Origin: Betaproteobacteria bacterium
GTDB taxonomy: Bacteria; Pseudomonadota; Gammaproteobacteria; Burkholderiales; Burkholderiaceae_C
Length of the DNA: 64,000 bases
Direction of reading: 5' to 3'
Assembly: GCA_031372905.1 (NCBI GenBank)
Contig: JANMMD010000146.1
Coordinates: 5,326 to 69,325, forward strand
In this document: piece by piece, positions 54,538 through 63,757 of the stretch
Layout of the letters: every line of letters begins with the position of its first letter
How positions within the stretch are numbered: the first letter of the stretch is position 1
The notes under the pieces: model-generated
Database searches by the model: none
The model's input: the letters and a program-made list of their open reading frames with translations, nothing else
Told to the model about the DNA's origin: nothing
Made by a program: the position numbers and the translations under genes

Positions 54538-55398
54538 TCATCGTTGACGGTTCAACTTGGGGTCCAGCAGGTCGCGCAGGCCATCGCCCATCAGGTTCAG
54601 GCCCAGCACGCTCAGCATGATGGCGGCGCCTGGCCACACGGCCAGCAGTGGCGCCTGGAACATCAGGCTCTGGGCATCGTTCAGCAGCCGGCCCCAGCTG
54701 GGCTGCGGCGGCTGTGTGCCCAGGCCGAGATAGCTCAAGGCGGCTTCGGCCAGGATGGCGGTGGCAAACGAGACGGTGGCCTGCACGATCAGCGGACTGG
54801 CGATGTTGGGCAGCACGTGACTGCGTGTGATGCCCCATGGCGTGAGACCGGCGGCGCGCGCGGCGGTGACGTACTCGCGCGCCCACACCGCCAAGGCCGC
54901 ACCGCGCGTGATGCGGGCGAACACCGGCACGTTGAAGATGCCGATGGCCACGATGCTGGTGACGAGGCCCGGCCCGTAGATGGCCGTCAGCAGGATGGCC
55001 GAGAGCAAGGCCGGGAAGGCGAAGGTGAAGTCGGCGCAGCGCATGAGGATGTCGTCGACCCAGGCGCCCCAGGCGCTGCCTCTCCCGTGTGAGCTGGCGC
55101 GCTGTGCGGCGGCCAGGCAACCCAGCGCCACGCCCAGGACTGCACCGATACCGACTGCGATGACCCCCACCAAGATGCTGCTCTGCGCGCCCACCAGCAG
55201 CTGGCTCAGCACGTCGCGGCCCAGCGCATCGGTGCCCAGCCAGTGCGCCGCACTGGGTGCCTGCAGCTTGTGCGGGATGTTCAGGGCGCTGGGCGGCCAT
55301 GGCGTCCAGAAGAGCGACAGCACCGCGGCGGCCACCAGCAGGGCCGTGAGCAGCGCCCCGAGCACGAAGCTGGGGTGACGGCGGGCGCGTGCCCTCAT
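54538..55398 (-). CDS. ABC transporter permease (DppC/OppC-like)
   Basis: 286-aa ORF. HWLGTDALGRDVLS N-terminal motif and the EAA-loop region EAALSYLGLG. Confidence 0.9.
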   Translation of the reverse strand: MRARARRHPSFVLGALLTALLVAAAVLSLFWTPWPPSALNIPHKLQAPSAAHWLGTDALGRDVLSQLLVGAQSSILVGVIAVGIGAVLGVALGCLAAAQRASSHGRGSAWGAWVDDILMRCADFTFAFPALLSAILLTAIYGPGLVTSIVAIGIFNVPVFARITRGAALAVWAREYVTAARAAGLTPWGITRSHVLPNIASPLIVQATVSFATAILAEAALSYLGLGTQPPQPSWGRLLNDAQSLMFQAPLLAVWPGAAIMLSVLGLNLMGDGLRDLLDPKLNRQR

Positions 55399-56357
55399 GC
55401 CGGTGCCCGCCGCAAGCGCGGGTCAAGCACCGCGTAGAGCAGATCGACAAGCAGATTCACCAGCACCACCAGGGCCGCCAGCAGCATCACCACGTCTCGC
55501 ACCACCACCAGATCGCGGTTGTTGACGGCCTGGAAGATGAGCCGGCCCACACCGGGCAGCACGAAGACGTTTTCAACCACGATCGTGCCGGTGACGAGGT
55601 TCGCGAACTGCAGCCCGGCCACCGTCAGCACCGGGATCATGGCGTTGCGCAGGACGTGACGAAGCAGCGCCTGGCGCCGGCTCAGGCCCTTGGCGCGCGC
55701 GGTGCGCACATGGTCTTCGCGCATCACGTCGAGCAGGGCCGAGCGTGTCATGCGCGCCAGGATCGCCGCCTGCACCAGCGCCAGGCTCACCGCCGGCAGC
55801 AGCAGCGCTTTCAGGCCAGGCCACAGGCCGCCGCCTTCGCCTGCGGCCCAGCCAGGAAAGCCACCGGCACTCACCCATTGCAGCTGCACCGCAAAGACCA
55901 GGATCAGCAGCATCGCGAACCAGAAATTCGGGATCGCGATGCCGAGCTGGCTGAGCGCCATCACGCCCACGTCACCCAGGCGGCGATGGCGTGCGGCGGC
56001 GTAGATACCCAGGCCCAGCGCCAGCACCACGGTCAGCGCCATGGCCAGCACGGCCAGCGGCAGCGTCACGCGCAGGCGTTCGGCAAGAAGCTCCGCGGTG
56101 GGGGTGTCGTAGCCGATGCTGCGTGCGGTATCGCCCTGCAGCAGGCCGCCCACCCACTGCAGGTAGCGCGTGAGCGGCGGGCGATCCAGGCCCAGCTGCG
56201 CCTGCAAGGCGGCCACGGCCTCGGGCGTGGCTGTCTCGCCGAGGATGATTTCGGCTGCGTTGCCCGGCAGCAGCTCGAGCATGGCAAACACCACAGCCGA
56301 CGCCACGACCAGCGTCACCACGAAACCCGCCAGACGCTTGACGACAAACCACAGCAT
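55395..56357 (-). CDS. ABC transporter permease (DppB/OppB-like)
   Basis: The track ORF was trimmed to ATG 56357 (MLWFVVKRLAGFVVTLVVASAVVF). Contains YVRTARAKGLS. A 4-nt overlap links it to the next permease gene. Confidence 0.9.
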   Translation of the reverse strand: MLWFVVKRLAGFVVTLVVASAVVFAMLELLPGNAAEIILGETATPEAVAALQAQLGLDRPPLTRYLQWVGGLLQGDTARSIGYDTPTAELLAERLRVTLPLAVLAMALTVVLALGLGIYAAARHRRLGDVGVMALSQLGIAIPNFWFAMLLILVFAVQLQWVSAGGFPGWAAGEGGGLWPGLKALLLPAVSLALVQAAILARMTRSALLDVMREDHVRTARAKGLSRRQALLRHVLRNAMIPVLTVAGLQFANLVTGTIVVENVFVLPGVGRLIFQAVNNRDLVVVRDVVMLLAALVVLVNLLVDLLYAVLDPRLRRAPA

Positions 56358-56523
56358 GCCGGAATGATGCCGCATGAAAAAACAGGTGAAGGCTTCCGCA
56401 AAGGAAGCGTTCACCCGTGCGGCCACCACCTCGGTGCCAAACAGCAGCGCCCCTGGCGGGGCGCTTGAAAAAACGGCCCCGCGAGGGGCCTTCCAACCCA
56501 TCGCCCCTCGCGGGGCGCGCCGG

Positions 56524-57540
56524 TCAGAACGAGTGGCGCAGGCCCAACTCGTAGCCCGACGAGCCGGTGCCCGGCACGAGGGTCGAGCCGGTGGCGACCG
56601 TCAGGTTGGAACGGCCGCTGTTGCTGATCTTCGAGTAGTTCGCGTACAGCGCGGTACGGCGCGACAGCGCGTAGTCGCCGCCCACCGTGGCGTGCTTGGC
56701 CGACTGGGCAGCGATGCCCGTGCCTTCCAGCTCCATCTTCTGGTACGAAGCGCGCAGCGTGATCGGGCCGAACGGGGCCGAGATGCCACCGAGGTAGTTC
56801 TTCTGGTCGGCCGCACCCACTTCGGTGGTGTTGTACATGCCGAACAGTTTGACCACGCCCAGGTCGTAGCTGCCACCAAAGTTCAACATCTTGGCATCGA
56901 CGTTGCCAGTGACCTGGGTCACGCCGTAGGCCACCGCCGCAAAGATCGGACCGGCGCGATAGCCGACACGGCCACCGGTGTACTTGTCGCCCAGCGTGCC
57001 TTCACCGGCCGCGACAAAAGCGGTACCGAAGAAGCCGGTGCTGCCCGGGGTGTCATAGGAGATGCTGTTGCTCGAGCGCGAGAAGCTGTTGTACGCGCCG
57101 CCAGCGGGGATGAGGTCGCGGCTGCGCTGCAGACGGCCAGCGGCACCCATGCCGGTGTCGCCGAACGGATCAGACTGTTCCCAGTTCAGGCCGGTGGGAT
57201 TCTTCTGGCGGCCCAGGCGCACTTCACCGAAAGCGCCCTGCAGGCCGATGGTGGAACGACGCTGCCAGGTCTGGCCCGTGGCGTTGCCCGTGTCGGCGTC
57301 AAGCTGACCTTCGATCCAGAAGTTCGCCTTCAGGCCACCGCCGAGGTCTTCCGTGCCACGGAAACCGAGGCGGCTGGTGTTCAAGCCGCTGGCTGCCAGC
57401 TGCTTGATCGCCGCGCCGTTGTCCACGGACCGGGCGGCCAGGTCGATGACGCCGAAGAGGGTGACGGACGACTGCGCCAGCGCCGGGCCGGCAACGGCGG
57501 TCAGTGCCGCGGCGGCCAGGGTGGTCATGGTCTTGTTCAT
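56524..57540 (-). CDS. outer-membrane porin (Burkholderiales OmpC-type trimeric porin)
   Basis: The track ORF was trimmed to ATG 57540 (MNKTMTTLAAAALTAVAGPALAQSSVTLFGVIDLA). Alternating beta-strand pattern and a C-terminal ...GLRHSF. Confidence 0.9.
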   Translation of the reverse strand: MNKTMTTLAAAALTAVAGPALAQSSVTLFGVIDLAARSVDNGAAIKQLAASGLNTSRLGFRGTEDLGGGLKANFWIEGQLDADTGNATGQTWQRRSTIGLQGAFGEVRLGRQKNPTGLNWEQSDPFGDTGMGAAGRLQRSRDLIPAGGAYNSFSRSSNSISYDTPGSTGFFGTAFVAAGEGTLGDKYTGGRVGYRAGPIFAAVAYGVTQVTGNVDAKMLNFGGSYDLGVVKLFGMYNTTEVGAADQKNYLGGISAPFGPITLRASYQKMELEGTGIAAQSAKHATVGGDYALSRRTALYANYSKISNSGRSNLTVATGSTLVPGTGSSGYELGLRHSF

Positions 57541-57749
57541 TGATTTCCTATCAGGCTTGTGAGCCGGGCTTTGCAGCCTGGCGGGTGGTTCTGAGATACC
57601 GGGGTAATGTGCACGGCAAACGCGCGACAAGACCCCGGGGCAGGCATGAGACTAGGGAAACCCTGTGGCGTTCCCATGACAGCGTTGTTTTTTTGGCGCA
57701 ATGCAGCATTCCTTGAACCGGAACAGTGCGTCGCCGCGCGCCCCCTGGA

Positions 57750-58175
57750 TCATGCCAGCTTGTAGGTTTGGAGATGGATGCTGGTTTCAGTGCCCGCAAT
57801 GCCCTTGATCAGGCGCACGCGCTCCAGCACCGCCGCCAGCTCGCCAAGGTTGCCCGCGCGCAATTCCGCCAGCAGGTCCCATCGTCCGTTGGTGTCGTGC
57901 AAGCCAGCGACACCGGGCTCTCCCAGCAAGTGAGCGATGACTTCACGAGTCTGGTTGCCATCGACGGTGATGCTCATCCACGCGGTGATGAGATCCGGCT
58001 GGCTGTCGGGCCGCAGGCGCACCGTGTAGCCGGTGATGACGCCCTCGTCCTCCAGCCGCTTCACACGGTTGGTGACGGTGCCGCGCGACACGCCCAGCTT
58101 GTTGGCCAAAGTCGCCACCGTGCTTCGGGCGTCTTGTCGCAGCAGGGCCAACAACTGCAGATCGGTGGAGTCCAT
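57750..58175 (-). CDS. Lrp/AsnC family transcriptional regulator
   Basis: The track ORF was trimmed to ATG 58175 (MDSTDLQLLALLRQDARSTVATLANKLGVSRGTVTNRVKRLEDEGVI). Divergent from ocd. Confidence 0.9.
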   Translation of the reverse strand: MDSTDLQLLALLRQDARSTVATLANKLGVSRGTVTNRVKRLEDEGVITGYTVRLRPDSQPDLITAWMSITVDGNQTREVIAHLLGEPGVAGLHDTNGRWDLLAELRAGNLGELAAVLERVRLIKGIAGTETSIHLQTYKLA

Positions 58176-58314
58176 TCCATCATTTTGCCAGTTTTGTTTC
58201 GCATATCGCCAGAAAGCTGGCGAAAACGCGGCACTTCTGTCGCTTCTCACTGTCAACGGGCTTGGAAACAATGGCGGTCTGCCCCTTTTCGGGCTGCGCG
58301 ACCGAGATCACCCC

Positions 58315-59367
58315 ATGACCACCCTGCTCACCACCCAGGACATCGCCCACATCGTTGCTGCCCACGGCTTGCCCGAGGTGCTGCGCCAGATGGTGGCCGC
58401 CATCGAGACTGAATTCCGCCGCTGGCCCGAGTTCGACAAGGTGCCGCGCCTGGCCAGCCACTCGCAGGCCGGCGTCATCGAGCTGATGCCGGTGGCCGAC
58501 GCAGCGCACTACAGCTTCAAGTATGTGAACGGGCACCCCGCCAACGGCCGCTTTGGCCTGCCCACGGTGATGGCCTTCGGCGTGCTGGCCGAAGTGTCTA
58601 CAGGCCGACCTCTCTTGCTGAGTGAGCTCACACTTACAACTGCAATGCGGACTGCGGCGACGTCGGTGATGGCCGCCAAGCTGCTGGCGCGGCCGGGTTC
58701 GCGCACGATGGCGCTGATTGGAAACGGTGCTCAAAGCGAGTTCCAGGCCTTGGCCTTTCATCACCTGCTGGGCATCACCACCCTGCGCCTGTTCGACACC
58801 GATCCGGCGGCCACGGCGAAGTTGCAACGCCACCTGCGCGGCGTGCCGGGCTTGAAGACGGTGGTTTGCGCCAGCACCGCCGAAGCGCTGCAGGGCGCGG
58901 ACGTCGTCACCACGGTCACGGCCGACAAGCGCAACGCCACCATCGTGACGCCCGAGATGCTGGCGCCCGGCATGCACCTGAACGCGGTCGGCGGCGACTG
59001 CCCGGGCAAGACCGAGCTGCATCCCGGCGTGCTGGAAGCTGCACGCGTGTTCGTGGAGTACGAGCCGCAGAGCCGCATCGAGGGCGACTTGCAGCAGATG
59101 CCGGCGAGTTTTGCGGTGACGGAACTGTGGCGCGTGCTGGCGGGACACGCACCGGGGCGGCATGCCGATGCCGAGGTGACGGTGTTCGACTCGGTCGGCT
59201 TTGCGCTGGAGGACTTTGCGGCACTTCGCTTGATGGGCGCGCTGGCCGCCAAGCTGGGCCTGGGCCAGCTGATCGATCTCATCCCCGAGATGGCCGACCC
59301 CAAAGACCTGTTCGGCGAACTGATGCGGCTGCCTGAATCGGCTGGGGCCGCTTTGCGCGCCGCCTGA
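58315..59367 (+). CDS. ocd: ornithine cyclodeaminase
   Basis: The track ORF was trimmed to ATG 58315. IELMPVADAAHYSFKYVNGHPAN, MALIGNGAQSEFQ and HLNAVGGDCPGKTEL match the OCD/mu-crystallin family (true OCD subgroup by eye). Confidence 0.85.
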   Translation: MTTLLTTQDIAHIVAAHGLPEVLRQMVAAIETEFRRWPEFDKVPRLASHSQAGVIELMPVADAAHYSFKYVNGHPANGRFGLPTVMAFGVLAEVSTGRPLLLSELTLTTAMRTAATSVMAAKLLARPGSRTMALIGNGAQSEFQALAFHHLLGITTLRLFDTDPAATAKLQRHLRGVPGLKTVVCASTAEALQGADVVTTVTADKRNATIVTPEMLAPGMHLNAVGGDCPGKTELHPGVLEAARVFVEYEPQSRIEGDLQQMPASFAVTELWRVLAGHAPGRHADAEVTVFDSVGFALEDFAALRLMGALAAKLGLGQLIDLIPEMADPKDLFGELMRLPESAGAALRAA

Positions 59368-59400
59368 GCTGAGCGGCCGCTCAGCCTCCAGTGCGCAGCG

Positions 59401-59655
59401 TCAAAGACCGCGCTCGTGACGGTCGGCAGCGGCCATCAGATCGCTGGTGAAACGCGGGTCATGGCGCGCAAAACGCATCGCGTGACGGCGCAACTCGGCG
59501 GCCTCACCCTGGCGGTTGGCTTGCAGGCGGCGCTCGGCGCGGGCGCGCTGTGTGGTTTCTATCCAGGCCAGCAGGCGCAGCGCCAGCGTGGCCGCCCAAG
59601 CGGCGCCGCGCGGTGCCACGACCTTGATCGGTGACTGGACGGTGATGGTGCTCAT
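59401..59655 (-). CDS. hypothetical small protein (84 aa)
   Basis: The 3' end of a 419-aa track ORF whose remainder is antisense to the LysR gene. From ATG 59655 (preceded by GGAAAGAG) the translation is MSTITVQSPIKVVAPRGAAWAATLALRLLAWIETTQ.... GC-rich third positions. No family recognised. Confidence 0.45.
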   Translation of the reverse strand: MSTITVQSPIKVVAPRGAAWAATLALRLLAWIETTQRARAERRLQANRQGEAAELRRHAMRFARHDPRFTSDLMAAADRHERGL

Positions 59656-59769
59656 GGCTCTTTCCGGTAGAGGCCCCGGGTGCGGGACCATACGCCGGAT
59701 ACTAGGGTTACCCCCAATGCTGCGCAATTGAATAATGCGCATGGTTGATATTCGATCTGAGAATAGACC

Positions 59770-60726
59770 ATGCTGCTGAATTTCCGCACCCTCGACCTGA
59801 ACCTGCTGCGTGTGCTCGACGCGGTGATGAGCGAAGGCAGCCTCACGCGCGCCGCCGCGGCATTGGCGATGACGCAGCCCGCCGTCAGCCACGCGCTCAA
59901 GCGGCTGCACGACGCCGTCGGCGAAGAGCTGTTCGTGCGCAGCGCCCACGGCATGAAACCCACGCCACTGGCCGAGACCTTGTGGCCCCAGGTGCGCGAT
60001 GCCCTGGGCTCGTTGCGCCAGGCGCTGGCACCCGAAACCTTCGACCCCCAGCGTGACGCCGTGCAGTTGCGTATCGCGATGGCCGACGCCACCGCGGCGG
60101 TGCTGGCCCCGGGCCTGGTGGCGCGCATCGAGCAAAGCGCAGCACGCGTGAACCTGCGCGTGCTGCCGCTGACCACGCGCGACCCCCGCCGTTTGCTGGA
60201 CAGCGGCGATGCCGACCTCGCGGTGGGCTTCTTCCCCGAGACCGTGACCGAGATCGTGGCCAGCGGCCACGGCGGCGTGCTGCGCCACGCGCGCCTGTAT
60301 GAAACGCGGTATGTCTGCGTGATGCGCCAGGGCCACCCGCTGGCCGAGGCTCCGCTGACGCTGGACGCCTACTGCAGCGCCCACCACCTGCTGGTGAGCT
60401 TTTCCGGCCGAGCCTTCGGCTATGTCGACCAGGCGCTGCAGAGCTTGGGCCGGCAGCGCCGGGTGATGCTGACGGTGAACCAGTTCTTCACGGCCGGGCG
60501 CGTGGTGGCACAAAGCGACCTGCTGACCGTGCTGCCTGAAGGCTTTCTCGCCGCCACTGGCTATGGCGCGCAACTGGCCACGCGCGACATGCCGCTGGCC
60601 CTGGGCCCGGTGACGGTGGAGATGCTGTGGCACCTGCGCCACGACACCACGCCCTCGCACCGCTGGCTGCGCCAGCAGGTGCAGGCAGCGGCCGCTGAAG
60701 GCGCGGCCGTGGCCGTCAGTCGATGA
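59770..60726 (+). CDS. LysR family transcriptional regulator
   Basis: 318-aa ORF. The N-terminal wHTH LNLLRVLDAVMSEGSLTRAAAALAMTQPAVSHALKRL is followed by a LysR substrate-binding domain. Confidence 0.92.
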   Translation: MLLNFRTLDLNLLRVLDAVMSEGSLTRAAAALAMTQPAVSHALKRLHDAVGEELFVRSAHGMKPTPLAETLWPQVRDALGSLRQALAPETFDPQRDAVQLRIAMADATAAVLAPGLVARIEQSAARVNLRVLPLTTRDPRRLLDSGDADLAVGFFPETVTEIVASGHGGVLRHARLYETRYVCVMRQGHPLAEAPLTLDAYCSAHHLLVSFSGRAFGYVDQALQSLGRQRRVMLTVNQFFTAGRVVAQSDLLTVLPEGFLAATGYGAQLATRDMPLALGPVTVEMLWHLRHDTTPSHRWLRQQVQAAAAEGAAVAVSR

Positions 60727-61915
60727 CGGCTGCGATGGCGGTCGCCGTTCTCTCGACGTTGCCGGTGTTCAAGCCCGCCACGCACAAGCGGCCGCTGCGC
60801 ACCAGGTAGACGCCGAACTCCTCGCGCAGACGGTCTACCTGCGCGGCACTCAGGCCGGTGTAGCTGAACATGCCGCGCTGGCTGAGAAAGTACCCGAAGT
60901 CACGGCCCGGCTTCTTCGCCGACAGCACGCCGTGCAGGCTGCGCCGCATCGCCGCGATGCGGTCGCGCATCGCCGCCACCTCGGCTTCCCAGCTGCTGCG
61001 CAGCGCGGGGTCGGTCAGCACGCGGCTGATGATGCCCGCCGCGTGGATGGCCGGGCTGCTGTAGTTGCGCCGCACGGTGGCCTTCAGCTGGCCCAGCACC
61101 AGTTCCGCCTCGGCGGCTGTCGGGCAGACCACGCTCAAGGCGCCCGCGCGTTCGCCGTAGACACTCATGCTCTTGCTGAAGCTGTTGGCGACGAAAAAGC
61201 TCAGGCCCTCCGCCGCCAGCAGGCGCACGGAAAAGGCGTCTTCAGCGATGCCGTCGCCGTAACCTTGATAAGCCAGGTCGAGGTAGGGCAGCAGTTCACG
61301 CTCTTGCAACACCGGCACCAGGGCCTGCCACTGCGCCGACGTCAGGTCCACGCCGGTGGGGTTGTGGCAGCAGGCGTGCAGCAGCACCACGCTCTTCGCC
61401 GGCAGGCTGCGCAACGTGGCCAGCATGGCATCGAAGGCCAGGCCGCCCGTCTGCACGTCGTAGTACGGGTAGGAGTTCACCGTGACGCCCGCGCCCTCGA
61501 ACATCGCGCGGTGGTTGTCCCAGGTGGGGTCGCTGACCCACAGCGCGCTGCCGGGCAGCCAGCGCTTGATGAAATCGGCGCCGACGCGCAGGCCGCCGCT
61601 GCTGCCCACGGTCTGCAGCGTGGCGATCCGGCCCGAGGTCACGGCCTCGTGAGCGGCACCGAACAGCAACTGCTGCACGGCCTGGCGCGCCGCGGCCGAA
61701 CCCTCGATGGGCAGGTAGGGCTTGGGCCCGCTTTCGCCCAGCATCTGCGCCTCGGCGCGCTTCACGCTGTCGAGCACCGGAATGCGCCCGGCATCGTCGA
61801 AATAGATGCCGATGGACAGGTTCACCTTGTCCTTGCGCGCGTCTTTCTGGAAGGCGTCGTTCAGGCTCAGGATGGGGTCGCCCGCGTAGGGCTCGATGTG
61901 GCTGAAGAAGCTCAT
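60716..61915 (-). CDS. aromatic/aspartate aminotransferase (class I, AspC/TyrB type)
   Basis: The track ORF was trimmed to ATG 61915 (MSFFSHIEPYAGDPILSLNDAFQKDARKDKVNLSIGIY). PLP-Lys context SFSKSMSVYGERAG is present. Confidence 0.9.
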   Translation of the reverse strand: MSFFSHIEPYAGDPILSLNDAFQKDARKDKVNLSIGIYFDDAGRIPVLDSVKRAEAQMLGESGPKPYLPIEGSAAARQAVQQLLFGAAHEAVTSGRIATLQTVGSSGGLRVGADFIKRWLPGSALWVSDPTWDNHRAMFEGAGVTVNSYPYYDVQTGGLAFDAMLATLRSLPAKSVVLLHACCHNPTGVDLTSAQWQALVPVLQERELLPYLDLAYQGYGDGIAEDAFSVRLLAAEGLSFFVANSFSKSMSVYGERAGALSVVCPTAAEAELVLGQLKATVRRNYSSPAIHAAGIISRVLTDPALRSSWEAEVAAMRDRIAAMRRSLHGVLSAKKPGRDFGYFLSQRGMFSYTGLSAAQVDRLREEFGVYLVRSGRLCVAGLNTGNVERTATAIAAVID

Positions 61916-61946
61916 GGGCGGATGCTCTCGCGGGGTCTTTTCGGCT

Positions 61947-62435
61947 TCAGGCCGCCAGGGCCTTCTCGATGTCGGCACGCAGGCTTTCCGGCGTGTCGGT
62001 GGGCGCATAGCGCTGGAGCACCTGGCCGTCGCGGCCGACGAGGAACTTGGTGAAGTTCCACTTGATGGCTTGGCTGCCGAGCAGGCCGGGCTTCTCGCCT
62101 TTCAACCACTGCCACAGCGGGTGGGCGTTACCGCCGTTGACCTGGGTCTTGGCCATCATAGGAAAGCTGACGCCGTAGTTCAGCTCGCAGAAGGAAGAGA
62201 TCTGTTCGTCGCTGCCAGGGTCTTGTGCGCCGAACTCGTTGCTCGGGAAGCCCACCACCACGAGGCCGCGGTCGGCGTACTCCTTCCAGAGTTTTTCCAG
62301 GCCGGCGAACTGCGGCGTGAAGCCGCAGGCGCTGGCGGTGTTGACGATCAGCACCACCTTGCCCTTCTGCGCCGAAAACTGTGCCGGCTTGCCGTGGATG
62401 CTGACGGCGTCGAAGTCATAGAGGCTGGTGGCCAT
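61947..62435 (-). CDS. glutathione peroxidase
   Basis: The 3' end of a 551-aa composite track ORF. From ATG 62435: MATSLYDFDAVSIHGKPAQFSAQKGKVVLIVNTASACGFTPQF ... FPSNEFGAQDP ... IKWNFTKFLV. Confidence 0.9.
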   Translation of the reverse strand: MATSLYDFDAVSIHGKPAQFSAQKGKVVLIVNTASACGFTPQFAGLEKLWKEYADRGLVVVGFPSNEFGAQDPGSDEQISSFCELNYGVSFPMMAKTQVNGGNAHPLWQWLKGEKPGLLGSQAIKWNFTKFLVGRDGQVLQRYAPTDTPESLRADIEKALAA

Positions 62436-62591
62436 GGGGGGTCCGTTCAAGAGCGGAAAGACGAGCGCGGATGTTATCGCCGCGCCACCGAAACAGGCTG
62501 TGCAACACCCGCTCGGGCGTTTGACAGCGCAGGGGCCGCCCGCCACCATCCGACGCTGGCGCGTTTGCCCGCACTGTCCGACTTTTCCGTC

Positions 62592-63743
62592 ATGCCGCAC
62601 CGCGTCGCGTTTCTGGGTTTCAGCGAGTTCGAGCGCAAGGCGCTGGCTTCGTACTTTCGCCTCGCCCACAACCGCAACCCTGCCTACGAGCAGGTTCCCA
62701 CCCTCACCGACGCCGACTTCCTGGTAGCCGATGCCGACCACGGTCCCTCGGTGCAGCTGGTGCAGGCGATAGAGCGCCTGGGCGAAACCGTCTTCATCGG
62801 CGGCCAGGCGCCCGAGGGCTGCAGCGCGTGGATGATGCGGCCCATCGACGCGCTGCGCGTGATGCGTGAACTCGACGGCCTGGTGGCGCATGCGCTCGAC
62901 GCCCGCGCCCCGCGCGCCGACTACGCCGGCCCCCACACCACCATCATCCAGCTGGCCCGCCAACGCCGGGGGGCGCCGCTGGCCCCTCCCGACCCGGGCG
63001 AGCACGCCCTGCTCGGCGACCTGCCCTTCACGGCGCCGCAGCCCGAGCCTGCCGCGCAGGCCGCGGCAGAGGCCGACCCGCTGACCCTGCGCGACCCGCA
63101 GCCAGGCCTTGTGCCGCCTCAGTTCGAGCACGCCGATCACGGCGAGCACTCCCCGCACGGCGATGACCTGGTCGCCCATGAACCCCCGCTGCCGCTGACG
63201 CTGCCCGCTGTGACCGAAGCCGAATGGCTGCCGAAGCCGCCGCAACCAGCGATCACCCCGCTGGCCCGGCCCTTGCCCGAAGACCGGCCAAGGCCACCCA
63301 AGCCTCCGCGCGCGCAACGCGTGCCCCTGATGCCCCCGACGCCGCGGGTCTTGCTGGTGGACGACAGCGCCATCGCGCTGAGGTTTCTGGAAGTTCGCCT
63401 GGGCGCCTGGCATCTGGACATCGACCGCGCCGCCACCAGCCAGGCCGCCATCGCACTGCTGGCGCAGCACAGCTACGACATCGTGTTTCTCGACATCGAA
63501 CTCGGTGAAACCAGCGAACTGGACGGCCTCACGTTGTGCCAGCGCATCAAGCACACACCGGCGCTGCTGGGTGCGATGGTCATCCTGGTCTCGGCCCACC
63601 ACAGTGAACTCGACCGCGTGCGCGGCGCGCTGGCGGGCTGCGACGCCTACCTGGCCAAGCCGCTGGACATGCGCGAGTTGCAGCGTCTGATGGACCGCCA
63701 GGGCGTGCGTGCCGTCAATGGCGAGGGCGCTGCTTCTCCTTGA
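62592..63743 (+). CDS. response regulator: C-terminal receiver domain preceded by a receiver-like N-terminal region and a long Pro-rich linker
   Basis: The track ORF was trimmed to ATG 62592. C-terminal REC motifs are present (RVLLVDDSAIALRFLE, DIVFLDIELGE, VILVSAH, AYLAKPL). No DNA-binding or enzymatic output domain was recognised. Confidence 0.8.
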   Translation: MPHRVAFLGFSEFERKALASYFRLAHNRNPAYEQVPTLTDADFLVADADHGPSVQLVQAIERLGETVFIGGQAPEGCSAWMMRPIDALRVMRELDGLVAHALDARAPRADYAGPHTTIIQLARQRRGAPLAPPDPGEHALLGDLPFTAPQPEPAAQAAAEADPLTLRDPQPGLVPPQFEHADHGEHSPHGDDLVAHEPPLPLTLPAVTEAEWLPKPPQPAITPLARPLPEDRPRPPKPPRAQRVPLMPPTPRVLLVDDSAIALRFLEVRLGAWHLDIDRAATSQAAIALLAQHSYDIVFLDIELGETSELDGLTLCQRIKHTPALLGAMVILVSAHHSELDRVRGALAGCDAYLAKPLDMRELQRLMDRQGVRAVNGEGAASP

Positions 63744-63757
63744 AACAGCGCCCTGAA

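Noticed and set aside
59656-60660. Upstream 335 codons of the 419-aa minus-strand ORF.
   Set aside because: Antisense to the LysR regulator, which has a clear wHTH and effector domain. Only the distal 84 codons were kept, as a low-confidence small gene.
61947-63602. 551-aa minus-strand ORF.
   Set aside because: It is a composite. Only the last 162 codons (glutathione peroxidase, from ATG 62435) have a family signature. The rest is antisense to the response-regulator gene.
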